NCBI GenBank assembly: GCA_030447385.1
Contig: JAUJOY010000003.1
Span: 77,362 to 141,361, forward strand
Length of the DNA stretch: 64,000 nucleotides
Direction of reading: 5' to 3'
Source: Mycobacteriales bacterium
Lineage (GTDB): Bacteria; Actinomycetota; Actinomycetes; Mycobacteriales; SCTD01
The translations under genes and the position numbers were made by a program. This document shows positions 1 through 10,711 of this stretch, one piece after another. Each line of letters begins with the position of its first letter. The stretch's first letter is position 1. The notes under the pieces are model-generated. The model saw only the letters and a program-made list of their open reading frames with translations. It made no database searches and was not told the origin of the DNA.

Positions 1-379
1 GCCGGATGGCCTCAGGGTCGATGAGGCGCACGGCGCACGCCTCCAGCGTGACGGCGTCCAGGCACGCGGTGCCGCCGTCGTTGCCGTCGTCGTACTTCCA
101 GCCTGCCGGCACGACCACCCGGGCACCGTGGAAGAGCTCGATCCGGTCACCGGGCTGACGCTGCGCGACGGCGGCGGAGGGGACTGCGGTGGCGGAGCCC
201 CCGGGCGGCGCCACTGCGGGGGAAGCCGACCCACCTGCAGGCGAGGGCGGGGCAGGCGAGGCGGCGGCGCTCGCGGAGGCCTGCGCGCGATCGTCGCCCG
301 CCGGGGCCCCGCTGTCCGCGCATCCCACTGCCAGCGCGAGCAGCAGCACCGCGACGGACCTGCGGGTGCGGCGTCTCAT
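1..379 (-). CDS. Putative secreted lipoprotein; start is in the window, 3' end runs off the window edge
   Basis: Reverse-strand ATG at 379-377 opens a frame still open at position 1, so it is absent from the ORF track. Translation MRRRTRRSVAVLLLALAVGCADSG... gives a signal peptide with lipobox LAVGC, followed by an Ala/Pro/Ser-rich linker. Confidence 0.45.
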   Translation of the reverse strand, partial: MRRRTRRSVAVLLLALAVGCADSGAPAGDDRAQASASAAASPAPPSPAGGSASPAVAPPGGSATAVPSAAVAQRQPGDRIELFHGARVVVPAGWKYDDGNDGGTACLDAVTLEACAVRLIDPEAIR

Positions 380-515
380 GGGATGCCCTAGCAGCGTGGG
401 GGTGTCAGGCTGTCACAGGCCTGCCGCCGCACGCGGCCGAAGCCGGTGAACGCCTGCCCGGCGTGTCGGCGCTGGGACGGCAGTGACGGGTGGTACGGAG
501 CGGTAGCGTCCCGAC

Positions 516-3077
516 ATGACCAGCCGCGGACCCACGTCGACCCGTCCTCGCGGCGGCAGCGAGACGCGCCCTGCCTCGCGCAAGGTCCCCGCGGCGCGTT
601 CCGCAGGCGCACGAGCCGGCGGCGGCTCGGCCGGCACCCGCAAGAAGCCGGTGGCGAAGGCTCCCGCCGCCCGCCGACCCGCCTCCGCGACCGTCCGCTC
701 GACGACCCGTCGCCCTGCAGCGAGGCGGCCGGCCGTCCGCCGCGGTCCGAGCATGGCCGCCCGGCTGGTCGGGGCCGTGGGGATCGTGCTGTCCCTTGTC
801 GCGCGGTTGCTCGTACGGGTGCTGCAGCTCACCGCGTCCGCTGTCGGCAGTGCCTCGCGGGCGGCGGGCTCCAGCGCCCGCGACCTCGACCCCGCGCACC
901 GACGGGACGGGCTGGGGCTCCTGCTCGCGGCGGCCGCGCTGGTCACCGCGTGCTCGCTGTGGTGGCGTGCCGGTGCAGTGGGCGAGTCGGTGGCCGAGGG
1001 GCTCACCTCGGTGCTCGGCATCGGAGCGATGCTGTTCCCGCCGCTGCTCGCGCTGTGCGCGTGGCGGGTGCTGCGTCATCCGGACGGCAAGGGCGGGCGC
1101 GGGCGGCTGGCGGTCGGGTGGGCCGCGCTGTCGCTGGGGGCGCTCGGGGTGGTGCACATCGTCCGGGGCGCGCTTCCGACGGACGACAAGGGCGGGCTCG
1201 TCGGCTACCTGCTGGGCGACCCGCTGCGGCAGGGCCTCACGTCGTGGCTCGCCGTACCCGTCCTCGTGCTCCTCGCGGCGTTCGGCCTGCTCGTGGTGAC
1301 CGCCACCCCGATCTCGCAGCTCCCCCAGGGGCTGCGCACGATCCGCGACCGCCTGCTGCGCCGACCGGCGCCGCCGGACGCCTCGGACGAGGCGCCGGCG
1401 CACCAGGTCCCGCCACCGCCTCCCCCCTTGCGGCGCAGCCCGCCCCGGCGGCGCGTCGGGCTGCTCGCGGACCAGGAGGAGCCCGAGGACGGTTCCCCGG
1501 TCCTGGTCGAGCAGGTGCAGCCGGCCGCGCTGCCGGTCCTCCTGCCGCCGCACACACCGCTGCCGAAGAAGGCCGAGCAGCTGCAGCTCACCCCGCCCGA
1601 GGACGGCTACCGCCTGCCGCCTGCGGAGATCCTCGCCGCCGGGACCCCGCCGAAGAAGCGCAGCGCGGCCAACGACGAGGTCATCGCGGCGCTGACCGGG
1701 GTCCTCGACGACTTCCAGGTGGACGCGCAGGTCACCGGCTTCTCGCGGGGCCCGACCGTGACCCGCTACGAGGTGGAGCTCGGGCCGGCCGTCAAGGTCG
1801 AGCGGATCATCCAGCTCAGCCGCAACATCGCCTACGCCGTGAAGAGCCCGGACGTGCGGATCCTCAGCCCGATCCCCGGCAAGTCGGCCGTCGGCATCGA
1901 GATCCCCAACACCGACCGGGAGAACGTCAGCCTCGGCGACATCCTGCGCAGCAGCGTCGCGGTGCACGACCACCACCCGATGCTCGTCGCGCTCGGCAAG
2001 GACATCGAAGGCGGCTTCGTCTGCGCCAACATCGCCAAGACGCCGCACATCCTCATCGCCGGCGCGACCGGCGCCGGCAAGTCGGTGTGCATCAACAGCC
2101 TGCTGGTGAGCATCCTCACCCGGGCCACCCCCGATGACGTGCGCATGGTGCTCGTGGACCCCAAGCGGGTCGAGCTCACCGCGTACGAAGGGGTCCCGCA
2201 CCTCATCACCCCGATCATCACCAACCCGAAGAAGGCGGCGGAGGCGCTGCAGTGGGTGGTGCGTGAGATGGACATGCGCTACGACGACCTGTCGGCCAGC
2301 GGGTTCCGGCACGTGGACGACTTCAACGCCGCCGTACGCGCGGGCAAGCTCGTCTCACCGCCGGGCAGCGAGCGGGTCTACGCGCCCTACCCCTACCTCC
2401 TCGTCGTGATCGACGAGCTGGCCGACCTGATGATGGTGGCGCCCCGCGACGTGGAGGACTCCATCGTGCGCATCACCCAGCTCGCCCGGGCCGCCGGCAT
2501 CCACCTCGTCATCGCCACGCAGCGCCCGAGCGTGGACGTCGTCACCGGGCTGATCAAGGCCAACGTGCCGAGCCGGCTGGCCTTCGCGACGAGCAGCGGC
2601 ACCGACTCCAAGGTCATCCTCGACCAGCCGGGAGCGGAGAAGCTCATCGGCAAGGGGGACAGCCTGTTCCTGCCGATGGGCGCCAACAAGCCGATGCGGA
2701 TCCAGGGCGCGCTCGTCACCGACGCCGAGGTCGCGGCCGTGGTGAAGCACTGCAAGGAGCAGCGCCAGCCCGCGTTCCGCTCGGACGTCACCGCGGGGGC
2801 GGCGGAGACGAAGGAGCCCGACGAGGAGATCGGCGACGACCTCGACCTGCTGTGCCAGGCCGTCGAGCTGGTCGTCCAGTCCCAGTTCGGGTCGACCTCG
2901 ATGCTGCAGCGCAAGCTGCGGGTGGGCTTCGCCAAGGCCGGGCGGCTCATGGACCTGATGGAGAGCCGCGGCATCGTGGGACCGACGGAGGGGAGCAAGG
3001 CGCGGGACGTGCTCATCCGGCCGGAGGAGCTCGAGAGCGTCCTGGTCGTGCTGCGCGGGGACGGCATCGAGCTGTAG
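516..3077 (+). CDS. ftsK: DNA translocase FtsK/SpoIIIE
   Basis: 853 aa with a basic N-terminus, TM helices and a Pro-rich linker. The motor domain has Walker A GATGAGKSVCIN, plus VVIDELADLMM and HLVIATQRPSVDV. C-terminal gamma domain includes SMLQRKLRVGFAKAGRLMDLME. Confidence 0.95.
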   Translation: MTSRGPTSTRPRGGSETRPASRKVPAARSAGARAGGGSAGTRKKPVAKAPAARRPASATVRSTTRRPAARRPAVRRGPSMAARLVGAVGIVLSLVARLLVRVLQLTASAVGSASRAAGSSARDLDPAHRRDGLGLLLAAAALVTACSLWWRAGAVGESVAEGLTSVLGIGAMLFPPLLALCAWRVLRHPDGKGGRGRLAVGWAALSLGALGVVHIVRGALPTDDKGGLVGYLLGDPLRQGLTSWLAVPVLVLLAAFGLLVVTATPISQLPQGLRTIRDRLLRRPAPPDASDEAPAHQVPPPPPPLRRSPPRRRVGLLADQEEPEDGSPVLVEQVQPAALPVLLPPHTPLPKKAEQLQLTPPEDGYRLPPAEILAAGTPPKKRSAANDEVIAALTGVLDDFQVDAQVTGFSRGPTVTRYEVELGPAVKVERIIQLSRNIAYAVKSPDVRILSPIPGKSAVGIEIPNTDRENVSLGDILRSSVAVHDHHPMLVALGKDIEGGFVCANIAKTPHILIAGATGAGKSVCINSLLVSILTRATPDDVRMVLVDPKRVELTAYEGVPHLITPIITNPKKAAEALQWVVREMDMRYDDLSASGFRHVDDFNAAVRAGKLVSPPGSERVYAPYPYLLVVIDELADLMMVAPRDVEDSIVRITQLARAAGIHLVIATQRPSVDVVTGLIKANVPSRLAFATSSGTDSKVILDQPGAEKLIGKGDSLFLPMGANKPMRIQGALVTDAEVAAVVKHCKEQRQPAFRSDVTAGAAETKEPDEEIGDDLDLLCQAVELVVQSQFGSTSMLQRKLRVGFAKAGRLMDLMESRGIVGPTEGSKARDVLIRPEELESVLVVLRGDGIEL

Positions 3078-3132
3078 CGCGCGCCGGATGCGGGCCGCAC
3101 GGAGGATGCCCCCGCACCCCTAGACTCCTCCG

Positions 3133-4590
3133 GTGACCTTGCCTACTCCGCCGCCGAAGCGCGTGGCGATGGTGACGCTCGGCTGCGCCCGCAACGAGGT
3201 CGACTCCGAGGAGCTGGCCGGCCGGCTCGATGCCGCGGGCTGGGAGCTGGTCGACGACGACGCCGAGGTCGTGGTGGTCAACACCTGCGGCTTCGTGGAG
3301 AGCGCCAAGAAGGACTCGATCGACACCCTGCTCGCCGTGTCCGGAGGCGACGCGAAGGTGGTCGCCGTCGGCTGCCTCGCCGAGCGCTACGGCGTGCAGC
3401 TCGCGGAGCAGCTGCCCGAGGCCGCGGCGGTGCTGGGCTTCGACGCCTACGCCACGCTGCCGGACGCGCTGACGCGCATCCTGTCCGGGGAGCGGCCGGA
3501 CAGCCACCAGCCCGGCGACCGGCGCAGGCTGCTGCCGCTCAGCCCGGTCGACCGTGGCGCCGTCGTCGAGCGGCTGGCCCTCGAGCCGGGGGCCATCGAC
3601 ATCGGGCTCCCCGGGCACGCCGGGGGTCCGGCGGTGGTGCGTCGCCGCCTCGGCGACAGCCCGGTGGCTCCGCTCAAGCTGGCCTCCGGCTGCGACCGCC
3701 GGTGCGCGTTCTGCGCGATCCCGAGCTTTCGGGGGGCGTTCGTGTCACGGCGGCCGTCCGACGTGCTGGCCGAGGCCCGCTGGCTGGCCGACCACGGCGT
3801 ACGCGAGCTCGTCCTCGTCAGCGAGAACTCCACGTCCTACGGCAAGGACCTCGGCGACCTGCGGCTGCTCGAGACGCTCCTGCCCGAGCTCGCGGTGGTG
3901 GAGGGCATCGAGCGGGTGCGCCTGTCCTACCTGCAGCCCGCCGAGCTGCGGCCGAGCCTGGTGGAGACGCTGACCTCGACCCCGGGTGTCGCGCCCTACT
4001 TCGACCTCAGCTTCCAGCACTCGTCTGCGTCGGTGCTGCGGCGGATGCGCCGCTTCGGCGACACCGACCGCTTCCTGGGGCTGCTCGCGCAGATCCGCAC
4101 GGCGAGTCCGACAGCCGCGGTGCGCAGCAACGTGATCGTCGGCTTCCCCGGCGAGACGGTGGCCGATGTCGCGGAGCTGGAGCGGTTCCTGCTGGCCGCG
4201 CGGCTCGACGCCATCGGCGTCTTCGGCTACTCCGACGAGGACGGCACCGAGGCCGAGCGGCTGCCCGACCACCTGCCGCCCGAGGTCGTCGCCGAGCGCG
4301 TGCACCGGCTGACGTCGCTGGTCGAGGAGCTCACGGCGCAGCGGGCACAGGAGCGCATCGGCGAGATCGTCGAGGCGCTCGTGGAGGCCGTGTCGGGCGA
4401 CACCGCGGAGGGCCGCACGGCCGGGCAGGCTCCCGAGGTGGACGGCTCCACCACCCTGACCGGGGCCGGCGCCGCAGGACTCGCGGTGGGCGACCTCGTG
4501 CGGGCCCGGGTCGAGGACAGCTGCGGGGTGGACCTGAGCGCGGACGTCGTGGGCGTCGTTACGCCAGCGCGTGCCGGCGTCGCTGCGTGA
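3133..4590 (+). CDS. rimO: Ribosomal protein S12 methylthiotransferase RimO (radical SAM MTTase)
   Basis: N-terminal MTTase motif [13 protein letters not shown], radical-SAM cluster [12 protein letters not shown]-terminal TRAM-like region. It occupies the conserved position downstream of ftsK. Confidence 0.9.
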   Translation: MTLPTPPPKRVAMVTLGCARNEVDSEELAGRLDAAGWELVDDDAEVVVVNTCGFVESAKKDSIDTLLAVSGGDAKVVAVGCLAERYGVQLAEQLPEAAAVLGFDAYATLPDALTRILSGERPDSHQPGDRRRLLPLSPVDRGAVVERLALEPGAIDIGLPGHAGGPAVVRRRLGDSPVAPLKLASGCDRRCAFCAIPSFRGAFVSRRPSDVLAEARWLADHGVRELVLVSENSTSYGKDLGDLRLLETLLPELAVVEGIERVRLSYLQPAELRPSLVETLTSTPGVAPYFDLSFQHSSASVLRRMRRFGDTDRFLGLLAQIRTASPTAAVRSNVIVGFPGETVADVAELERFLLAARLDAIGVFGYSDEDGTEAERLPDHLPPEVVAERVHRLTSLVEELTAQRAQERIGEIVEALVEAVSGDTAEGRTAGQAPEVDGSTTLTGAGAAGLAVGDLVRARVEDSCGVDLSADVVGVVTPARAGVAA

Positions 4591-4645
4591 GCGCGCGCTC
4601 AGCGCCGCCACTCCCGGCCCGGGCACCGCTGTCACGCGGCGCGCG

Positions 4646-5302
4646 GTGAGCACCAGCCTGGGGCCGCGGGACCGCCTCACCAGCTCCGAGGCCCCGGTCA
4701 GCGCCTGGAACATCGCCAACTACCTCACGGTGCTGCGGCTGCTGCTCGTCCCGCTCTTCCTGGTGCTGCTGCTCGGCCAGGACGGGAACGACACCGGCTG
4801 GCGCATCGGGGCGGCGCTCGTCTACCTGCTCGCGTCCTACACCGACCTGGTCGACGGGCAGCTGGCGAGAAGCCGCGGGCTCGTCACGTCGTTCGGCAAG
4901 CTGGCCGACCCGATCGCCGACAAGGCACTCGTGGGGGCCGCCTTCGTCGGCCTGTCACTGCTGGGCGAGCTGGCCTGGGCCGTGACGGCGCTGGTGCTCG
5001 TACGCGAGATCGGCGTGACGCTGCTGCGCTTCTTCGTCATCCGCCACGGCGTCATCCCCGCCAGCCGCGGCGGCAAGCTCAAGACGTTCCTGCAGGGCAT
5101 CGCGCTGGTCCTCTACGTCCTGCCCTTCACTGGCCTGCTGGCCACCGCCCGCACGGGCGTCATGGCCGTGGCGGTGGTCGTGACCCTCGTGACCGGTGCC
5201 GACTACGTGCTGCGGGCGCTCACGCTGCGGCGCACGTCCGAGCGGGCGGAGATGAAGCGCGAGCGGCGGGCGACCCAGAGCGGCCGGGCCGCGGGGGCAT
5301 GA
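4646..5302 (+). CDS. pgsA: CDP-diacylglycerol--glycerol-3-phosphate 3-phosphatidyltransferase
   Basis: CDP-alcohol phosphatidyltransferase motif DLVDGQLAR...GKLADPIADK with multiple TM helices. The ORF is open from 4571; the GTG at 4646 is my preferred start, but the start is uncertain. Confidence 0.85.
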   Translation: MSTSLGPRDRLTSSEAPVSAWNIANYLTVLRLLLVPLFLVLLLGQDGNDTGWRIGAALVYLLASYTDLVDGQLARSRGLVTSFGKLADPIADKALVGAAFVGLSLLGELAWAVTALVLVREIGVTLLRFFVIRHGVIPASRGGKLKTFLQGIALVLYVLPFTGLLATARTGVMAVAVVVTLVTGADYVLRALTLRRTSERAEMKRERRATQSGRAAGA

Positions 5303-5312
5303 GGTCCCGCGC

Positions 5313-6560
5313 GTGAGGGCGGCCGTGGTGGCCGTCGGCGACGAGCTGCTGCTGGGCGACATCGTCAACGGCAACGCGACGTGGCTCGGGGCCGAGCTGG
5401 CCGCGGCCGGAGCCCGGGTCGTGCACTCGGCCATGGTCGGCGACGACGTCCCCCGCATCGCCACGGCGCTGCGGCGGGCCCTCGAGGACGCCGACGTGGT
5501 GCTCGTCAGCGGCGGCCTCGGGCCCACGTCCGACGACGTGACCCGCGAGGCTGTCGCGCAGGTGGCCGGGGTCGCCCTCGTGCGGGACCCGGCGCTGGAG
5601 CGGATGCTGCGCGAGCGGTTCACGACGTACGGCGTGGCGATGCCGCCGGCCGCGCTCCAGCAGGCCGACGTGCCTGCCGGCGCACGGGTGCTGGCCAACC
5701 CGGTCGGCACCGCGCCGGGCCTCCGGCTCGAGCTGGGGGACCGGCTGCTGTACGCCCTTCCCGGGCCGCCGCACGAGCTGGCTGCCCTCGCCCGAGTCGC
5801 CGTCCTCGGTGAGCTGGCCGCCCGCAGTGGGACGGTCGTCGTGACCCGCACCCTGCACTGCGCGGGCAGGGCCGAGAGCGTCGTGGCCGAGCGAGCGGAG
5901 GCTGCCGTGCAGGTCCCGCCCGAGGTGCGGCTCGCCTACCTGGCGGGCGGGGGAGTCGTCCGCGTGCGCCTCACCACCGCGGCTGCGACGCGGGCCGCGG
6001 CCGAGGAGGTCCTCGACCCGCTGGTGGCCACCCTGTCGGCCGCTCTGGGTGAGGCGGTGTTCGGCCGCGACGAGGACAGCCTGCCGGGCGTGGTCCAGCG
6101 CCGGCTGGCCGGTGCCGGCGCGACGGTCGCCGTGGCGGAGTCGCTGACCGGCGGGCTGCTCGCCGCGGCGCTGAGCGAGCTGCCGGGCAGCAGCGCCACC
6201 TTCCGGGGCGGGCTGCAGGTCTACGCGACCGACCTCAAGGAGGTCCTCGCCGGGGTGCCTCGCGAGGTCCTGGAGCGACACGGTGCGGTGTCGGCGCAGA
6301 CCGCGGCGGCGCTGGGGCAGGGTGCTCAGGAGCGGCTCGGCGCCACGTACGGCATCGGCGTCACCGGCGTCGCCGGCCCGCAGCTGCAGGAGGATCAGCC
6401 GGCCGGGACGGTGCACGTCGCCGTCGCCGGCCCGGAGGGACTGCGCACCCGCTCAGCCCGGCTCCCCGGGGACCGCGGCCGGGTCAGGGTGCTGTCGGTG
6501 ACGCTCGCGCTGGACGCGCTGCGCCGCGCGCTGCCGCCCGAGCAGGCCGCTGCCGGGTAG
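5313..6560 (+). CDS. cinA: CinA family competence/damage-inducible protein (MoCF-binding domain plus nicotinamide-nucleotide amidohydrolase PncC-like domain)
   Basis: N-terminus VRAAVVAVGDELLLGDIVNGNATWLG is typical CinA. C-terminal CinA/PncC domain shows AVAESLTGGLLAAAL and GTVHVAV. Confidence 0.9.
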   Translation: MRAAVVAVGDELLLGDIVNGNATWLGAELAAAGARVVHSAMVGDDVPRIATALRRALEDADVVLVSGGLGPTSDDVTREAVAQVAGVALVRDPALERMLRERFTTYGVAMPPAALQQADVPAGARVLANPVGTAPGLRLELGDRLLYALPGPPHELAALARVAVLGELAARSGTVVVTRTLHCAGRAESVVAERAEAAVQVPPEVRLAYLAGGGVVRVRLTTAAATRAAAEEVLDPLVATLSAALGEAVFGRDEDSLPGVVQRRLAGAGATVAVAESLTGGLLAAALSELPGSSATFRGGLQVYATDLKEVLAGVPREVLERHGAVSAQTAAALGQGAQERLGATYGIGVTGVAGPQLQEDQPAGTVHVAVAGPEGLRTRSARLPGDRGRVRVLSVTLALDALRRALPPEQAAAG

Positions 6561-6673
6561 GCCGGCGCCGGTCGTCTGCCGCTCTTGCGCTCTGGGCGGA
6601 CAATCCTCGTCGTGCCGCCCCTGGTATGACGCCCCGCGGCGGGTAACCTGCGGGGGGACGAGGAGGTGGTGAC

Positions 6674-7048
6674 ATGGCGGTGCTCCGCACGCTGCTGGGT
6701 GAGGCCCTGCGCACCAACCGGCTGAGCCAGGAGCGCACCCTGCGCGAGGTCTCCTCTGCGGCCCAGGTCAGCCTCGGCTACCTCTCCGAGGTCGAGCGGG
6801 GGCAGAAGGAGGCCTCCTCCGAGCTGCTCGCCAGCATCTGCCGAGCCCTCGGGGTGCGGCTGTCCGACGTCCTGCGGGAGGTCAGCGAGAGCCTGTCCGC
6901 CCTCGAGCCGCTGCCCGCCCCGGTGCGTGTGCCCGACACGATCCCGGCCGACCTGCCGACGCTCGAGACGGTCGGCGCGCCTGCGCAGGAGCCGGCCAGC
7001 CTGCACGGCCCGTCGGCGAGGCTGCACGTGCGCAACGTCGCCGCCTGA
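6674..7048 (+). CDS. clgR: XRE-family HTH regulator, ClgR-like
   Basis: HTH segment [50 protein letters not shown], with a GAGGAGG RBS upstream. Lies in a pgsA-cinA-(clgR)-pspA context, as in Mycobacterium Rv2745c/Rv2744c. Confidence 0.75.
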   Translation: MAVLRTLLGEALRTNRLSQERTLREVSSAAQVSLGYLSEVERGQKEASSELLASICRALGVRLSDVLREVSESLSALEPLPAPVRVPDTIPADLPTLETVGAPAQEPASLHGPSARLHVRNVAA

Positions 7049-7061
7049 GCGCACCCCACCA

Positions 7062-7128
7062 GCGCCGATCATGGCGTTGTTGCTCGTCTGCTGAGCGTGG
7101 TGGTGTGCGCGTGTTCTGTGATCAGCGG
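7062..7128. repeat. Degenerate third copy of the 67-nt palindromic intergenic repeat (see 37689-37771 and 38311-38390)
   Basis: GCGCCGATCATGGCGTTGTTGC...CTGAGCG...TGATCAGCGG aligns without gaps over 67 nt with the copy at 38324-38390. The GATCATGG, TGAGCG and TGATCAG blocks sit at identical offsets. Overall identity is about two thirds by hand count. Confidence 0.4.
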
Positions 7129-7189
7129 AGGTTGGGGCCCGCCGCGTGCGAGCATCGGGACGCGGGGTCCGGGAGAGGGAGACGCGCAG

Positions 7190-8992
7190 GTGGCGACACG
7201 CAGCCGGATCCCGCTGATGGTCGCGGCCGTGGCGGGTGTCGTGGCCGTCCTGGCCGTACGCGCGGCCGGCTCCGGCGACGGCGGCGACCAGCCAGCGGAT
7301 GGTCCCGAGGCCATCCCGCGGGACTGCGTGGTCCTGCAGGTCAGCGCCTCTTCGGAGAAGGCGGCCCTGCTCGGGGAGATCGCCAGGGACTACGCGGCGG
7401 GTGCCGGATCGGCTGGTGGGAAGTGCGCCCGCATCGCGGTGACCAGCAAGGCCAGCGGGGGCTCCACCGAGTCGCTCGCGCGGGGATGGGACGAGCGGGT
7501 GGATGGGCCGCGGCCTGATGTCTGGTCGCCCGCATCGAGCTCCCTGGGCCGGGCTGCTGCGCCAGCGCACCACCGCCAGGGACGCGGCCGACCTCGTCGG
7601 GGACGCCCAACTGCCCTCGCTGGCGCGCACTCCGCTCGTCATCGCCATGCCCAAGCCGATGGCCGAGGCGCTGGGCTGGCCAGCGAAGGCGCTCGGCTGG
7701 GGCGACATCCTGCAGCTCGCGCAGGATCCGCAGGGCTGGGGGCGGATCGGCAAGCCCTACGGCGCGTTCAAGCTGGGCAAGACGAACCCCAACTTCTCCA
7801 CTTCGGGGCTGCATGCGACGGTCGGGGCCTACTTCGCGGCAACCGGGCTGTCCAGCGACCTCCAGCAGGCCGACCCCGTGAAGCCGGCGGTGGTCGACTA
7901 CGTCCGCGGGGTGGAGAGCTCGGTCGTGCACTACGGCGACACCACCCTGACCTTCCTGTCCAACCTGCAGAAGGCCGACGACGCCGGGCAGGGGCTGACC
8001 TACGTCAGCGCCGTCACCCTCGAGGAGAAGTCGGTCTGGGACTACAACTCCGGCAACCCCAGCGGGGACCCGGCCACCCTCGGCGACCACCCGAAGCCGA
8101 AGATCCCGCTCGTCGGCATCTATCCCAAGGAAGGCACGCTGTTCAGCGACAACCCCTACGTCGTGCTCCGCGCCCCATGGGTCGATGACGCGAAGCGGGC
8201 GGTGGCGGCCGATTTCCTGACGTACGTGCAGGGGGAGGGGTCGCAGCGGCGGTTCGCCGACGCGGCGTTCCGATCCTTCGACGGCAAGGCCGGGCCGAAG
8301 ATCGTCCAGTCCGACGGGATGCTGCCAACGGAGCCGAAGGTGGTCCTCAACCCGCCGCCGCCGCCGGTGCTGGCCGGGGTGCAGGACTCCTGGGAACGGC
8401 TGCGCAAGCGCGCGAGAGTGCTCCTGGTGCTAGATGTCTCAGGATCGATGGGACAGCAGGTCGGGTCGGAGGGTGCCAGCAAGCTCGACCTTGCCAAGCG
8501 CGCCGCCTCCTCCGCGGTCGACCTGCTTGCGCCCGACGACCAGGTCTCGCTGTGGTCTTCTCGACGGGCCTGGACGGCCCCAAGCCCTACCGCGAGCTCG
8601 TGCCGTTCGGCCCGGCAGGCGAGCGCACCGCGACTATCAAGTCCCAGATCGCCGACCTCGGCCCGAGTGGCGGCACCGGGCTCTACGCCACGACGCGCGC
8701 GGCCGCGGCGTCCTTGGCCGGCGAGTTCGACCCATCCCGCATCAATGCGGTGGTGGTGCTGACCGATGGCCGCAACGAGTTCCCCGCCGACAACAACCTC
8801 GAGTCGCTGACTCGGGTGCTGAGGAGTGAGGCCGCCGATCGCGTCGTGCGGGTCTTCCCGATCGCGTACGGCGACGACGCCGATCTCGTTGAGCTCCAAG
8901 CGATCGCCGATGCCTCCCGGGCCGCGGCCTACGACGCGTCCGACCCCGCCTCGCTCGACAAGGTGCTCACCGCCGTGCTGAGCAACTTCTGA
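7190..8992 (+). pseudogene. Membrane-anchored solute-binding-like / von Willebrand factor A (vWA) domain protein, interrupted by two frameshifts
   Basis: One protein is readable across three ORFs. The N-terminus (frame of 7097) ends ...RPDVWSPASSS. The middle (frame of 7503) runs WAGLLRQR...VLLVLDVSGSMG...DDQVSLW. The C-terminus (frame of 8552) runs VFSTGLDG...GGTGLY...VVVLTDGRNE. The shifts are an apparent extra C in the CCC run at 7542-7544 and a missing G at the TGG at 8553-8555. The vWA MIDAS motif (DxSxS...T...D) is split by the second shift. Confidence 0.8.
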
Positions 8993-9007
8993 CGCGACCG
9001 GGCCGAG

Positions 9008-9799
9008 ATGTCGCTGTCTGAGGAGCTGCGCGACCCCTGGGGCTTGCTCGTCGCCGGGGTGTCCGGGGGGATGGCCTGGGCGCTGCTCGCCGCGACGGCA
9101 GCGCCGGCCGTCCCCGTGGGGGTTGCGGTCGGCGTCACTGTCCTCGGGGTCAAGGCAGTTAGCGGGGTGCTGCTCAACCGGGACCGGAAGGCGGACGCCG
9201 CCGGCCCGGTCGAGCGGCCACCGCGCGGCTCTGCTGCGGACAGCTGGCTCCGGCGCGCGGAAGCGGCCGTCCAGGAACTCGGCGACCTCGCCGCCTCCGC
9301 CGGCACCGGGGTGCTCGCCGCCAGCGTCGGTGGCGCGGCTCGGGAGGCACGGGACACCCTCACCGCCCTGAGCCGTCTCGGCGCGCAGGCCACAGCTGTG
9401 GAGCGAGCCCTCGCCCGTGTCGACGCCCCGGGCCTCGACGCGGATGTCGCGCGCCTTTGCGAGGCGGCGCGCCGGGCACCTCCCGGCGTACGCCAGGAGA
9501 TCGACCGGAGCGCCGCCGCGATAAGCGACCGCATCGCCGTCCGGGACCGGCTGCGGGCGGCGCGGGAGACGGTGCTGGCGCGCATGCAGTCGGTCACCCT
9601 CGGCTTGGAGGGACTGGTCGCGCGGCTCGCTGAGGTGCTCGCACTGGCGCAGACGACCGGGCGGATCGACGACCCGGCGGCGGAGGTTGCCGAGCTCGCC
9701 GGGGAGCTCGAGGGACTGCGCGCCGGGCTGACGGAGACCGAGGTGGTGTCCCGGGGAGCGCTCGCGGCTGCCCCGCCAGTGGCACCTGATCCCGGTTGA
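9008..9799 (+). CDS. Hypothetical membrane protein with a TM hairpin and an Ala/Arg-rich helical C-terminal domain, PspM-like architecture
   Basis: 263 aa. Two predicted TM segments ([17 protein letters not shown] and [17 protein letters not shown]), then [21 protein letters not shown] and a long helical region. Lies immediately upstream of pspA. Confidence 0.5.
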   Translation: MSLSEELRDPWGLLVAGVSGGMAWALLAATAAPAVPVGVAVGVTVLGVKAVSGVLLNRDRKADAAGPVERPPRGSAADSWLRRAEAAVQELGDLAASAGTGVLAASVGGAAREARDTLTALSRLGAQATAVERALARVDAPGLDADVARLCEAARRAPPGVRQEIDRSAAAISDRIAVRDRLRAARETVLARMQSVTLGLEGLVARLAEVLALAQTTGRIDDPAAEVAELAGELEGLRAGLTETEVVSRGALAAAPPVAPDPG

Positions 9800-9879
9800 G
9801 CGGGCTGCTCCTGGTCGGACCTGAGAGGATCACCTCGCCACCTGTCAGACTGTGGCTCATCCCGAACGAGGAGCACCCG

Positions 9880-10698
9880 ATGGCCAACCCTCTGGTCCGT
9901 GGCTGGAAGTACCTCATGGCCCTGATGTCCGGCAAGCTCGACGAGCACGCCGACCCCAAGATCCAGATCCAGCAGGCGATCGAGGAGGCGCAGCGCTCCC
10001 ACCAGCAGCTCACGCAGCAGGCCGCGGCCGTCATCGGCAACCAGCGCCAGCTCGAGATGAAGCTGGCCCGCCAGATGAGCGAGGTCGAGAAGCTCCAGGG
10101 CTCGGCGCGCCAGGCGCTCGTGCTGGCCGAGCAGGCGCGCGCCGCCGGTGACGAGGCCAAGGCCGCGCAGTACGAGCAGACCGCCACGACCTTCGCCACG
10201 CAGCTCGTCGCGGCTGAGCAGTCCATGGAGGACCTCAAGAGCCTGCACGACCAGGCGCTGCAGGCCGCCGTCCAGGCCAAGAAGGCGGTAGAGAACAACG
10301 CCATGGCCGTGCAGCAGAAGCTCGCCGAACGCAGCCAGCTGCTCACCCAGCTCGAGCAGGCCAAGATGCAGGAGCAGGTCTCGGCCAGCCTGACCTCGAT
10401 GTCGGAGTTGGCGGCTCCCGGCAGCACCCCGAGCCTGAACGAGGTCCGCGACAAGATCGAGGCCCGCTACGCCCGGGCCCTGGGCTCGGCCGAGCTTGCG
10501 CAGAACAGCGTCGAGGGGCGCATGCTCGAGGTGCAGAAGTCGACGCTCGAGATGGCCGGGAGCTCGCGGCTGGACCAGATCCGGGCCAGCATGGCCGGCA
10601 AGGAGCTCGCGCCGCCCCCGGCGGCCCCGGTCCCGCCGCTGACGACCGGGAGCAAGACGTCCACCTCGGCGGCCGAGGCCGACGAGACGACCGGCTGA
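9880..10698 (+). CDS. pspA: PspA/IM30 family protein (phage shock protein A, 35-kDa antigen homologue)
   Basis: [38 protein letters not shown]... is the canonical PspA/IM30 N-terminus, followed by coiled coil throughout. GAGGAG RBS sits before the ATG at 9880. The ORF track start at 9796 is probably too long. Confidence 0.9.
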   Translation: MANPLVRGWKYLMALMSGKLDEHADPKIQIQQAIEEAQRSHQQLTQQAAAVIGNQRQLEMKLARQMSEVEKLQGSARQALVLAEQARAAGDEAKAAQYEQTATTFATQLVAAEQSMEDLKSLHDQALQAAVQAKKAVENNAMAVQQKLAERSQLLTQLEQAKMQEQVSASLTSMSELAAPGSTPSLNEVRDKIEARYARALGSAELAQNSVEGRMLEVQKSTLEMAGSSRLDQIRASMAGKELAPPPAAPVPPLTTGSKTSTSAAEADETTG

Positions 10699-10711
10699 CC
10701 GTCCGCCCGCC

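Noticed and set aside
405-2312. 635-aa reverse-strand ORF overlapping ftsK
   Set aside because: It is antisense to a clearly genuine ftsK. Its translation is Arg/Gly/Pro/Ala-rich low-complexity sequence, typical of stop-free alternate frames in high-GC DNA.
6586-6600. CGC-N5-GCG (TTGCGCTCTGGGCGG) upstream of clgR as a possible ClgR operator
   Set aside because: The core CGC-N5-GCG occurs by chance very often at this GC content. The flanks do not clearly match the extended consensus as I remember it.
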